Origin: an uncultured delta proteobacterium | Lineage (GTDB): Bacteria; Bdellovibrionota; FAC87; UBA2466 | Assembly: GCA_963778115.1 (NCBI GenBank) | Contig: CAVZSV010000004.1 | Coordinates: 2,432,001 to 2,496,000, forward strand | Length of the DNA stretch: 64,000 nucleotides | Direction: 5' to 3' | Shown here: in pieces, positions 20,765-30,398 of the stretch | How the letters are laid out: every line of letters starts with the position of its first letter | Numbering within the stretch: position 1 is the first letter of the stretch | Notes under the pieces: generated by a model | The model's database searches: none | The model's input: only the letters and a program-made list of their open reading frames with translations | What the model was told of the DNA's origin: nothing | Position numbers and translations under genes: made by a program

Positions 20765-21562
20765 CTATTCGATGGTTTTTAAGCTTTCGTTGCTGACCCA
20801 ACCAGCGATGGGGGCATCTATGTTCTTTTCCGTGTCCCCCTCTTTTAAGACGTTCACGATGGTTCCTGCGGGAAAGTCAGCAAGGATGTCTTCTTTCTTT
20901 CTTTCCTGAGTCCGAAACACAGAGACGGTTTCGCCGGGGCCGGTCAATACAGCGAAGTGGCAATAATACCGGTGATTGAAATAGGCAACTCCTACAAGAA
21001 TCATAAGCCCCCCGGAAGTAACTAGAAGCGTCCGTTGTATGGCTATCCACCTACTTGCAGGGGTTGGATTGATCCAAACGATAAACAGTGTGGCGCACAA
21101 ACTCCAAAAGGCGAGTGCGCATAAGAGTAATCTCAGGCTTGCGTTCACGAGTAGCGAAAAGCGAAAGAACCAATCATCGGCAACGTTTTCTTTCACTCCT
21201 ATTTTCTTCTGCAGGTCGGACAAAGAGATGATGTCGTGCCAGATCCGGTTGGGGGAGAGTCGAAGGGTTGCACTTTTAAGGATGTAATAAATGGCGGGGC
21301 CGGGTGCTTTGAGCTCGAGCTCGGTCAGTCCCAGATTGTAATTGGCTTGCGCGGATTGTTCTCCAGAAGCGGCCGCCATTTCCGTCCATTCGGAAAAGGT
21401 CTTTTTCGCTCCCTCGAAATCTCCGCGAGTATAGGATTGGACACCGTCGTGCCATAGCTTCGCCATTACTTCGGGGGCGGGTAAAGAACCCGCTCCCGTT
21501 GCCAGGCCGCTCAAGCTAGAGCAGACGAATAAAAAAGTCAGACGGATTCGAAGGGTCCTCAT
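20765..21562 (-). CDS. TPR-containing membrane protein (BatE-like architecture)
   Basis: Signal peptide, TPR-like ANYNLG, two TM segments, SH3b-like tail (GWV). Confidence 0.6.
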   Translation of the reverse strand: MRTLRIRLTFLFVCSSLSGLATGAGSLPAPEVMAKLWHDGVQSYTRGDFEGAKKTFSEWTEMAAASGEQSAQANYNLGLTELELKAPGPAIYYILKSATLRLSPNRIWHDIISLSDLQKKIGVKENVADDWFFRFSLLVNASLRLLLCALAFWSLCATLFIVWINPTPASRWIAIQRTLLVTSGGLMILVGVAYFNHRYYCHFAVLTGPGETVSVFRTQERKKEDILADFPAGTIVNVLKEGDTEKNIDAPIAGWVSNESLKTIE

Positions 21563-21607
21563 CTGAATGACGACTTTCTCTAATGACGATTTAACAATAA
21601 GTGCAAT

Positions 21608-22114
21608 TTAGTAACGGACTTCGTATCTGTCCTCTAACACTCGTACCAAGGTGCGAAGTTCGTTCAGCCTCTCTTCGAGTTCCCCATTTCTTTGCTCTAA
21701 GAGACGAATACGCTCGTCCTTTTCGCGAAGGGTGTGCTCGAAGGCTTGACTTACCATCCGTACGGCTTTTTCGACAAGAGGGATGGCCAATCGATCGCTT
21801 TCGGCATCTTCTTTCACAGAGACACCAGTTGGGATGCTGGGCTCTTTACGAAGTTGTTGATTGCTTTCGATAGGTCGCCGCTCCGGAACCTTATTCAGCG
21901 GCGTATGAAGCATTGAGTCGCTATCACTAGAATCCCCTGCTTCGTCTTGAAACAGGATTAGATAACGACCCTTCTCCAAACGATACTGAATCGTGTTGCT
22001 CTTTATTTTACGGCGGATGGTGCTTAGGCTGACCCCACTTTTTACCGCATACTCAGTCAGTGGAAGCCATAGTCCGTTACTCTCATTGCACGTTTCGGTA
22101 ACGTGCTGTGACAT
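21608..22114 (-). CDS. Helix-turn-helix protein with C-terminal coiled coil
   Basis: WLPLTEYAVKSGVSLSTIRRKIK, then LREKDERIRLLEQRN...LRTLVRVLE. Confidence 0.75.
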   Translation of the reverse strand: MSQHVTETCNESNGLWLPLTEYAVKSGVSLSTIRRKIKSNTIQYRLEKGRYLILFQDEAGDSSDSDSMLHTPLNKVPERRPIESNQQLRKEPSIPTGVSVKEDAESDRLAIPLVEKAVRMVSQAFEHTLREKDERIRLLEQRNGELEERLNELRTLVRVLEDRYEVRY

Positions 22115-22238
22115 GAGAGCCTCCCCGACGGGTGAGGTCGGTTCGTTAAGGGTTATACTTTTAATTATAACCTCACTAGAGAACTATCTCCAAGCCGAGC
22201 TTTTTTGATACAATAATAAAAAGCCTTCCTCTCCTCCC

Positions 22239-22580
22239 ATGAAAAGAATCCGACCTATCATAAAGTATTTTAGTCTGACGGCTGTCATTTTGCTTATGGG
22301 GCAAGTCCCCATTGGCCGCAATACCGTGGGAAGTTGTTTTCTCGCCGGGGTGAAAGCAGGGTGTACTGCGGGAGTAGACGCCGTGAAAGCAAGCCACTGG
22401 TACGCGTCTATTAGTGATCTTCCCGTCCTCTCTTCGTGGCTAAAGGGCCCCACTCCGCCGGACGGAGAGAGAGAAAGACCGCGTTCTTCGAGACCCCGTC
22501 ACACAAGTAACGAAATGCAAGAGGACGGCGAAAAAATTACATCAGCCGATCGAGATTCTTTAATCCGTTTATTGGAATAG
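22239..22580 (+). CDS. Hypothetical membrane-anchored protein
   Basis: N-terminal hydrophobic segment; ends 11 bp before the PilZ gene. Confidence 0.55.
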   Translation: MKRIRPIIKYFSLTAVILLMGQVPIGRNTVGSCFLAGVKAGCTAGVDAVKASHWYASISDLPVLSSWLKGPTPPDGERERPRSSRPRHTSNEMQEDGEKITSADRDSLIRLLE

Positions 22581-22591
22581 CGGGAGCTACT

Positions 22592-23137
22592 ATGGCACAG
22601 GTTCAGTTTATCGAACGTCGGAAGGAAAACCGTCTCCCTTTTAACGATAAGATTATATTCACTGACGGTCATAAAACCGCCACCGCTTATGCGGTCAATA
22701 TTAGCCGAGGTGGAGTCTTTGTTATGTCCTTGGAGCCTTTCCCCATCGACACTCAAATTTTTATAGCCTTTTGCTTGCCCAGCCATCCCACTAGCTTTTG
22801 CGTGAAGGGCAAGGTGGCCCATATCGTTTTCGATAGGCAGCGTTGTGAAGTAGAAAACGGAATGGGTCTGCAGTTTCTAGAGCTAGACGAGTCACAGAAG
22901 TCGATTATGAATTTGCACATTCTAAATCAGCAGTCGGCTTATTTAGAATTGAAAAAACTGCTTACTTCCGCGAGACCCCCGGCAACGGAGATCGCTCGCT
23001 GCTTAAAGAAGCTTCCAACATTATCTCCCTCGTCCGACCTGTTAAGCCTAAGATACCGAGTAAATCGCATCTGTACGATCTTTGAGCCGCCGGCCGTGGA
23101 GACCCAAGAGGGGGCGGGAGCAATGAAGTCGGCTTAA
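22592..23137 (+). CDS. PilZ-domain (c-di-GMP receptor) protein
   Basis: ERRKENR (RxxxR), NISRGG (D/NxSxxG), GMGLQF. Confidence 0.88.
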   Translation: MAQVQFIERRKENRLPFNDKIIFTDGHKTATAYAVNISRGGVFVMSLEPFPIDTQIFIAFCLPSHPTSFCVKGKVAHIVFDRQRCEVENGMGLQFLELDESQKSIMNLHILNQQSAYLELKKLLTSARPPATEIARCLKKLPTLSPSSDLLSLRYRVNRICTIFEPPAVETQEGAGAMKSA

Positions 23138-23450
23138 TTCTTTCAAATCCAAACAAAAAAAACTGCCTACTTTCAGTACAGCTGCCAAATTGTGAAAGCA
23201 ATTTTCGTCATGCCGTAACCCTCTGTTTTGTTGGTACTTCTTCACTACACGTTTTGTGCACTGGAAGTGGTCGTCGAAGTGACGACTACTTTGACGATGT
23301 CCGCCCCTTTTCCGACCACACTTGGAACACATAACATTCCCAACGAGTTCAAGGACAACCCGGCCTTTGGCTTCCTCTTTGCAATTCTTATCAACGTAGT
23401 TTTAACCGTGGGATTTCTCTGGGCAGTACATGGGGAGAAGTGTGATTGTT

Positions 23451-23891
23451 ATGATGAAGAAATGGTGGATATTGGCGGTGGTTCTCACTCTCGCCTTGTC
23501 ACTGACAAGTTGCTCGGGGGGATCCGATACAAGCCTTCAAGGCAGTGCACAGACGTGCACCGGAAATCAGGGAACTTTTGATCTAGTACTCAATTCCGCA
23601 GGCAACGGTACCTATAATTTGGAATTAGATCCTGAAGAAGTGACTCAAGAAGGAATTATTACCGAAATCGCGTTGGTCGATTCTTCGGGCGACTACAAAG
23701 TCGTGGACCAAGAAGAGTCTTTATTTAGCGGTCGGCCGGTCAATATTAGCAACATCGCAGCTTCCGATTTGCAAAATTTCTCATACTTGGTAATCGCGAA
23801 TTACAATCCTCAGGTAAAGTTTCTGCAAATGACCAATCCTGAGTTCTGTACCCTCCCGTTTGGGGGAAATGCTTCTTCTAACGGAGACTAA
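23451..23891 (+). CDS. Putative lipoprotein
   Basis: MMKKWWILAVVLTLALSLTSC lipobox; GGGAG RBS upstream. Confidence 0.7.
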   Translation: MMKKWWILAVVLTLALSLTSCSGGSDTSLQGSAQTCTGNQGTFDLVLNSAGNGTYNLELDPEEVTQEGIITEIALVDSSGDYKVVDQEESLFSGRPVNISNIAASDLQNFSYLVIANYNPQVKFLQMTNPEFCTLPFGGNASSNGD

Positions 23892-23892
23892 A

Positions 23893-25698
23893 CTAATCTG
23901 ATTTTTTTTCGAGCACCTGAAGGGAAAGCTCGCGCAATTGTGCCGTGTCCACGGTGGACGGAGCCTCGCTCATGAGGTCCGTCGCTTTCTGCGTCTTGGG
24001 AAAGGCAATCACGTCCCGGATCGCGGTGGTCCCTGCAAGCAGCATGGCAATTCGGTCCACTCCTAAAGCGATCCCGCCGTGCGGCGGTGTCCCGTACTGA
24101 AGTGCATTAATAAAGAAGCCGAAACGTAACTTTGCGTCTGCTTCAGAAATTCCCAACACCTCAAACATTCGCGACTGGACTTTAGGATCATAAATGCGAA
24201 GGCTGCCCCCTCCGATTTCAAAGCCGTTCAACACCAGATCATAGGCTCTGGCTCGGACGCTCTCTAATTCCTTCTGTGAGTTATTCTGCATGAACGTGGG
24301 AAGGTCCTCGGGATTGGGACCGGTGAAGGGATGATGAGCGGCATAGAAGCGCTTATCGGTCTCGTTAAAATCAAGGAGCGGAAAGTCGGTTATCCACAAA
24401 AATTCGTATTTGGAGGCATCGGTGTACTTAAAACGAGACCCGTATTCGTCTCGAAGTGCCGAAAGGGCGTTGTTTACGATTTTGGGTGAACCACAGACCA
24501 TCAAAAGCATCGCCGACTTCTTAAAGGGAAGGAGAGCTTCAATTTCCGTTTTTAGTGCATCGTTAAAAAATTTCGCCTGCGGGGATTGCCAATCTCCAGG
24601 CCCTTTAATTCTTACCCAGGTAATTCCTTTGGCCCCATAGGGAGTCACTTTTTTGAGAAGACCATCTAATTCACTTCTAGGAAGGGGTTCCTTCTCTTCG
24701 AAACAGAGCCCTTTTAGGATATCTCCCTTTTCCATTGCCGTCCGATAGACTTGAAATTCACTCTTAGCTCCTTGAGCGCTTAAATTCACCAGCGTCAGCG
24801 AATTGCGAGTATCCGGTTTATCCGAGCCGTACTTATCCATGGCATCGGCATAGGTGATGCGCTTGAAAGGCGTTGTCACCTCTTTGCCTAAAACGTCCTT
24901 AAAGACTTTCTTCATCAGCTGTTCGTGGAGATCTTGAATGTCTTTTTCATCGACGAACGACATCTCTACGTCTATTTGAGTGAACTCCGGCTGTCTGTCG
25001 GCTCTTAAGTCTTCATCTCGAAAGCAGCGAGCGATCTGGACGTACTTATCGACACCTCCAATCATGCACAGTTGCTTTAACGTCTGCGGAGATTGAGGAA
25101 GCGCATAGAACTGCCCTGGATGAACACGACTCGGGACTAAATAATCACGAGCCCCTTCGGGCGTGCTCTTGTATAAAATGGGAGTCTCGATATCCCAAAA
25201 ACCATGCGAGTAATAAAATTCGCGGGCCGATTTTAGAAATTCGTGGCGCAATCTCAGATTCTTTTGGAGTCCCGGCCTTCGCAGCTCAAGATACCGGTGA
25301 GTCAGGCGAAGCGATTCGTCTACCTCTCCTGCGGTGGGGGAATCTTCGTGAAGCATATAGGGCAAAGGCTGCGAAGCGTTTAAAATCTCAAGTACCTGGG
25401 CATAGATTTCGATTTCACCCGTGGGGAGGTTCTTGTTTTCCATTCCCTGCGGCCTAGGTCTAACATTTCCCTTAACCGCTATGACGAACTCTTGACGTAG
25501 GACAGAAGCCCCATCAAGCCCTTTGATCTGAGGATCGAAAACCACCTGGGTAATTCCGTCGCGATCTCTTAAATCGATAAAGACAACACCACCATGATCT
25601 CTCCAGCGATCGACCCATCCGCACAGGACAACCTCTTTGCCTTCGTCCTTCTTGGTAAGCGATCCACAGTAATCGGTTCTCTTCAGCATGAAATTCAA
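23893..25698 (-). CDS. aspS: Aspartate--tRNA ligase (probably non-discriminating)
   Basis: RDHGGVVFIDLRD, STPEGARDY, LPQSPQ, RDEDLRADRQPEFTQ, PPHGGIALGVDR. Start may be 25689. Confidence 0.97.
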   Translation of the reverse strand: MNFMLKRTDYCGSLTKKDEGKEVVLCGWVDRWRDHGGVVFIDLRDRDGITQVVFDPQIKGLDGASVLRQEFVIAVKGNVRPRPQGMENKNLPTGEIEIYAQVLEILNASQPLPYMLHEDSPTAGEVDESLRLTHRYLELRRPGLQKNLRLRHEFLKSAREFYYSHGFWDIETPILYKSTPEGARDYLVPSRVHPGQFYALPQSPQTLKQLCMIGGVDKYVQIARCFRDEDLRADRQPEFTQIDVEMSFVDEKDIQDLHEQLMKKVFKDVLGKEVTTPFKRITYADAMDKYGSDKPDTRNSLTLVNLSAQGAKSEFQVYRTAMEKGDILKGLCFEEKEPLPRSELDGLLKKVTPYGAKGITWVRIKGPGDWQSPQAKFFNDALKTEIEALLPFKKSAMLLMVCGSPKIVNNALSALRDEYGSRFKYTDASKYEFLWITDFPLLDFNETDKRFYAAHHPFTGPNPEDLPTFMQNNSQKELESVRARAYDLVLNGFEIGGGSLRIYDPKVQSRMFEVLGISEADAKLRFGFFINALQYGTPPHGGIALGVDRIAMLLAGTTAIRDVIAFPKTQKATDLMSEAPSTVDTAQLRELSLQVLEKKSD

Positions 25699-26984
25699 AC
25701 CCTCCTTCTCAGTTCCGACTCCAGTTGTTTGAGGTCGATCGTTTCTTGCAAGCCCTCTTTCATGTTCTTCAAAGGAGCTTTTCCATCTTTAAGTTCCGTC
25801 TCTCCCACAATAAGCGTGTATTTCGCTCCCGATCGGTCAGCTTGCTTTAGTAAATTCTTTAGCCCTTTGGGCTCATAAAACATTTCGACGGAGACGCCTT
25901 CACTTTTGAGCTTCATGCTTAGCGGATAGAGCGAATCAAACGCAAGCTCTCCCAGTGCCGCAAAGAAAAACAGAGGTTGCCGGGACTCGTCCTTGAGCGC
26001 CTGCTTTTGCTCCAGCACCAACATCAGTCGTTCCATCCCTAAACCAAAACCCACGGCGGGAAATGCCGCTTCGCCAAAGCGGGTGGACAATCCGTCATAG
26101 CGGCCCCCTCCGACAAGAGCGCTCTGAGCGCCTAAAAGGTTTGAGGTGAATTCAAAAGCGGTCCGACAGTAGTAGTCGAGCCCTCGCACGATGCTGGGAT
26201 CGTCCTCGAAGGGAATTCCTAAACTGGTAAGCCGCTTCTTGAGGGCCAGATGGTGAGTCTGGCAAGGTTCGCAAAGGGAGTCGGTAATCTTGGGAGCGTT
26301 TTTCACAATCACTTGGCAGCTGTCTCTTTTGCAATCCAACACTCTAAGCGGAGATCTCTCATACCGCTTCTGGCACAATTCACAGAGCGAACTCAAATGG
26401 GGTTGCAAGTAAGCCTTCAGTTTCTCTTTATAGAGGGGACGGCAAACTTCATCCCCGACACTATTAATCCTGACCTCGTATTCGGTAACTCCAAAACTTC
26501 CGTAGATCTTATGAAGAAGCGCTATGATCTCAGCATCCGCTTCAGCAGTCGGGTCGTTGATGATCTCAGCTCCAAATTGATGGAACTGTCTTAATCTTCC
26601 CTTTTGCGGACGTTCGTGACGGAACATGGACATGTAATAAAAAAAACGTTGTGGCTTTCCGGTTCGATGCAATTGATGTTCGATAACGGCTCGAAGAAAA
26701 GCCGCCGTCCCCTCGGGGCGCATGACTAACTTGTCATTGTCCTCTTTGCCGTCTTTGCTCTGGATCAGATACATCTGCTTTTCCACAATATCGGTTTCAT
26801 CGCCTACGGTGTGGGTAAACACTTCGAGGTTTTCCAATACAGGGGTACGAATTTCCGAATAGCCGAAATCCGAAAAGATTTTCTTCAGGCGCTCCTCGAC
26901 GACGGTCCATCTCGCCATCTCAGTGCCAAATATGTCGTGCATCCCGCGCACTGCTTTGGGTTCCACAGAGACCTCCGAAACCAC
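25695..26984 (-). CDS. hisS: Histidine--tRNA ligase
   Basis: RPEGTA, RHERPQKGRLRQFHQ, VRGLDYY, GGGRYDGL, GMERL. Confidence 0.98.
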   Translation of the reverse strand: MVSEVSVEPKAVRGMHDIFGTEMARWTVVEERLKKIFSDFGYSEIRTPVLENLEVFTHTVGDETDIVEKQMYLIQSKDGKEDNDKLVMRPEGTAAFLRAVIEHQLHRTGKPQRFFYYMSMFRHERPQKGRLRQFHQFGAEIINDPTAEADAEIIALLHKIYGSFGVTEYEVRINSVGDEVCRPLYKEKLKAYLQPHLSSLCELCQKRYERSPLRVLDCKRDSCQVIVKNAPKITDSLCEPCQTHHLALKKRLTSLGIPFEDDPSIVRGLDYYCRTAFEFTSNLLGAQSALVGGGRYDGLSTRFGEAAFPAVGFGLGMERLMLVLEQKQALKDESRQPLFFFAALGELAFDSLYPLSMKLKSEGVSVEMFYEPKGLKNLLKQADRSGAKYTLIVGETELKDGKAPLKNMKEGLQETIDLKQLESELRRRV

Positions 26985-27174
26985 TCAACGTAGCGCAATT
27001 CCCCGCGGTTGGCGAGAAGCTGCCATAGAAAGGGAGAAAGATTCTTCAAAGAAATCTGCTAACTATTACCAAAAACGTTAGGGATTGACTTAAATTTATA
27101 CCCGGGTTAAAAAATCGCACTTTGGGCCTTCTTTAGGTGGTAAGGCCGAATCGTTTTGCAAGGAGTCAAATCTA

Positions 27175-27852
27175 ATGAATCGTTCCCGAAATCAGTGGAT
27201 TACGCTGTCAGCCGTTCTTTTCATCGCTTTATTAGCCCGTATGAGCTTGGCCGATACGCTCACTTCTACCCACAAAGGAAAAGGCAAGCGCTCGCTCTCT
27301 TCGTCTTCGACAGAGTCGGTGAGTTACCCCAGCAAGAATAGCTTTCCGGTCGACCTTTCGGTCGGGCCCGACATGTTGGTTATCCCGGGCGGTGCTGGAT
27401 TCGGATTTACGATTCATGCCGTGACTCCGGTCATCCATAACGTTCCTCTCTATGTAGGTCTCGAAACGGGAATGGATTTCAACGCAGGAAATACCTTTAG
27501 CGCCATGGGTGCCGGTGCTGCCGTGGATCAAGCGGCTGCCGCAGGTCTTGGTTCTATTGGCGATAGTGCGACGGTAATGCACCTACTCGCCACGGGCGTT
27601 TACCGGTTCGATATCGTCGGTGCCAGAAAGATTCATCCTTTCGTGGGTGTCTCGATGGGGCCGGCACTTTGCTTCTGGAAGGGGCCTGCCATCGTCGGTG
27701 GTCCCGCGACCGTTCAGTTCGAAGCGTTGCTTCGAACGGGTGTTAGTTTCGATCTGACTTCGCGACTCGCCTTAAACGTCGAACCGAAAATCGGAGTTTT
27801 CGGCGGCGATTTTATGTTTAAGCCGGTCGTGGCAGCCGCATTTTCGCTGTAA
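27175..27852 (+). CDS. Putative outer-membrane beta-barrel protein
   Basis: Signal peptide, amphipathic strands, HPFVGVSMG, C-terminal AAAFSL. Confidence 0.65.
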   Translation: MNRSRNQWITLSAVLFIALLARMSLADTLTSTHKGKGKRSLSSSSTESVSYPSKNSFPVDLSVGPDMLVIPGGAGFGFTIHAVTPVIHNVPLYVGLETGMDFNAGNTFSAMGAGAAVDQAAAAGLGSIGDSATVMHLLATGVYRFDIVGARKIHPFVGVSMGPALCFWKGPAIVGGPATVQFEALLRTGVSFDLTSRLALNVEPKIGVFGGDFMFKPVVAAAFSL

Positions 27853-27880
27853 GCGAAAACCGTCACTCCATAAAAGTTTG

Positions 27881-27925
27881 AGGCACTTCGGTAAGTTAGC
27901 TTGATTTACCGGGGTGCCTTTTTTT
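27881..27925 (+). terminator. Rho-independent terminator
   Basis: GGCACTTCGGTAAGT/ATTTACCGGGGTGCC stem followed by a T run. Confidence 0.8.
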
Positions 27926-27952
27926 GTCACATACTTATTTGATATCAGCTAC

Positions 27953-27981
27953 TTGACGCATTGAGTTATTGCTGTTATATT
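27953..27981 (+). promoter_or_regulatory. Sigma70 promoter with extended -10
   Basis: TTGACG, 17 nt, TATATT, with TG one base upstream of the -10. Confidence 0.6.
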
Positions 27982-28118
27982 CCTCCCACTTCAATAGCGC
28001 GTCTTTAAATTTAAAACTGAATAAGTCCGTCAGCCAAGAAACTCGTCTGCTGAGCATTCATCTCGAAATCGCGAGTGTGGGGTGCACTCGTGCGTTACTT
28101 TAATGGGGGTTTAATTAC

Positions 28119-29381
28119 ATGGGTAATCAGTTCGTGCGCAAACTACTGGTCACCGTTATTTTGATCGCGGGGGTCCTTTCAGGGGCGGCCGCCCGAGCGA
28201 ACAATGTACCGGTTGTAAGTGAATATGGCTTGCCTCTCGTTCCGCAGTTTCAACTTCCTAACGGGCAACCGGCAACGAAAGACCTTCTCGATTCGATATC
28301 CGAAATCAGTACGCTATTAAATAACGAAGTTCATCGAATGAGAATCATCGGCATTCCGCCGGAAGTTCTAAGCCAGGTTCCCAGCGTCACCGCGATGTGG
28401 GGGCTACAAGCTCAGACCTATCAATTACAAGATTCCACCGAAGGATGGACGAACGATCTCCAATCCACCGCGGATAGATTGCAGCGGCTGGGGCTTCTCA
28501 TTACCCAGAATGGCCAGGTCGATCCGAAATTCTATGGGGCCTATCGGGCTTTCGCCATCGCACTTACTAATGCGGTATTTCAGATCAGTTCCTTACAATC
28601 CAGCATCTACAAAAACTATCTGAACCAAAATGTGCCTATGCCGCACGACGCTCGAAATCTCACTTGGCAGATTCATGTGATCGTGGCGGTTCGATTGAAC
28701 CGGCTCGAGACGCTGAAATGGAATATCATCGATGCGGACAAACGCCTGTTGTTTGATCCGCCTGCCGTTCGGCACTATCAAATTGTGGCCAATAACGTCT
28801 ACCCACTTCCTCAAATTTCGCAGGGAACTCCTTACTGCTTAGCCACCTACTTGGCCAATGCAGGGGTGGTCCGTCAGGTTTATAGTGAGTACGGTCCTGG
28901 CGGGGGACAACAAGCGCAGACGCAGCCGACGTATGGTCCGGGCTATGGTCAGGGGGGAGCGACAACGCTTCCGGCCGACAATAATTATCAGATGCAGGCG
29001 TATCCTTTTATCCCGAATCAGAACAACGGGAACTGGCAGCCATATCTGCAAAACGGACACCGCCCTCAAGATTACACCGTTCCGGCGGGATATCCCAATA
29101 CGCCTCCGGCTGCGATGGCAAATTCGCCCACAACTCAAAGTGTGAACATCACCATCGCGGGTTCGGGGATTGCAGGCAACGGTAACGGGGGTGGCGGTCC
29201 AGCGACTTATCCGCAACAACAGCCGCAGCTTCAACCGGCTCAACAGCCGACACAACAGCAGCAGGCGCCGCAGCAAAGCCAGCAGCCGCAGGCCCAGCAG
29301 TCCGCGGATCCGGCGGTGAATAGCGGGGCCGTGGCTAGTGAGCCAGCACCGTTAGGCAAGCCGCAGTCGTATAAGTTCTAG
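28119..29381 (+). CDS. Secreted hypothetical protein with Q/P/G/N-rich C-terminal region
   Basis: Signal peptide ending AARA; 420-aa ORF with its own promoter and terminator. Confidence 0.8.
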   Translation: MGNQFVRKLLVTVILIAGVLSGAAARANNVPVVSEYGLPLVPQFQLPNGQPATKDLLDSISEISTLLNNEVHRMRIIGIPPEVLSQVPSVTAMWGLQAQTYQLQDSTEGWTNDLQSTADRLQRLGLLITQNGQVDPKFYGAYRAFAIALTNAVFQISSLQSSIYKNYLNQNVPMPHDARNLTWQIHVIVAVRLNRLETLKWNIIDADKRLLFDPPAVRHYQIVANNVYPLPQISQGTPYCLATYLANAGVVRQVYSEYGPGGGQQAQTQPTYGPGYGQGGATTLPADNNYQMQAYPFIPNQNNGNWQPYLQNGHRPQDYTVPAGYPNTPPAAMANSPTTQSVNITIAGSGIAGNGNGGGGPATYPQQQPQLQPAQQPTQQQQAPQQSQQPQAQQSADPAVNSGAVASEPAPLGKPQSYKF

Positions 29382-29414
29382 TTCGCTTAGTCTTCACAGT
29401 GGTCGCGCACGAAG

Positions 29415-29459
29415 TACGGCCTTCCTTTCGGGAAACCCAAAGGGAGGCCGTATTTTTTT
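29415..29459 (+). terminator. Rho-independent terminator
   Basis: TACGGCCTTCCTTT...AAAGGGAGGCCGTA followed by a T run. Confidence 0.85.
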
Positions 29460-29552
29460 GTCCTAGGCCTTAATCCCACTTCCCCTATTTAAAAATTCTT
29501 GTCAGGTTTTTGTACTGGTGTTTAAATTACGTTCTTTTGAAACTGGAGAACG

Positions 29553-30147
29553 AATGAAATTCACCCGACTGGTTACCTTGGCCCTTTGTTTAACCCTTTG
29601 CCTACCCGGCTTCGCTGAAAAGAAAAAGAAGAAGGAAGTGGTTGAGGAAGGCCCCTCGCCTTCATCCAAAGTTCTCTACATGAACGAAGGCTATAAGCAT
29701 GAAATTATGCTTAACGGGTCGACTCAGTCGTTCCCCATCTCCCCTGGAGTGAGCGGCGGGAATTTGGCTTTTGGAAGTGGGACCACCTATCTCAATTTCT
29801 CCGGCGGGTATAACTATGACGTTATCCCGATCTTGCAGCTCGGAATTTTTCCGTCCATTTCCTATGTTTCCGGCGGGGGCCTGTCTGCGACAATGTTTAG
29901 TTTGATTGCCGGTCCCACGATAAACCTAAGTCTGGATGGCGATATTCAAAACGCCTTTTTCATCTCGGGGGCGGCCGGGCTTACCGTCCTTGCTTCGACC
30001 GCGGAATTTACTTTCCGGTTCGATTTAGGTAAGCGCTTCAGACTCTTCGACCACTTTTCTTACGAGCCCAGTTTCGGAGTGTTAAAAGTCTCTGGATACA
30101 GCGCCCTGTTCGTCTTTAACTTGTTGGGAGCATCGGTCCATTTCTAA
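29553..30147 (+). CDS. Putative outer-membrane beta-barrel protein
   Basis: Signal peptide MKFTR...GFA after GGAG, amphipathic strands, C-terminal Phe (SVHF). Start approximate (ATG about 29554). Confidence 0.7.
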
Positions 30148-30214
30148 AAATTACGATCTGTCACTGCGTATATGGACCCCTCTCGTAGGCAAGAGTTTTG
30201 TTGATAGGTTGAAA

Positions 30215-30398
30215 GACGACTGCATGCGTATATTCGGTACGACCGGTAGACCGGCTACCATGATGGTTTCTGCGAACCCGACTGAACTAAGCGAGGCGAA
30301 GGACCTAAAAGTCCGCGCAATGACACAGGTCTCAAGTCGGGGAGTCGGCTATTGCCCATCAACTAACAGATTGCCTTCGGGACTGGAGTCCTCCTTTT
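30215..30398 (-). ncRNA. Predicted bridge/seekRNA of the IS1111-type element (boundaries approximate)
   Basis: Two stem-loops with internal loops. Segments match the target flanks (30316-30325, 30291-30296) and the element ends (30263-30267, 30227-30233). Confidence 0.75.
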
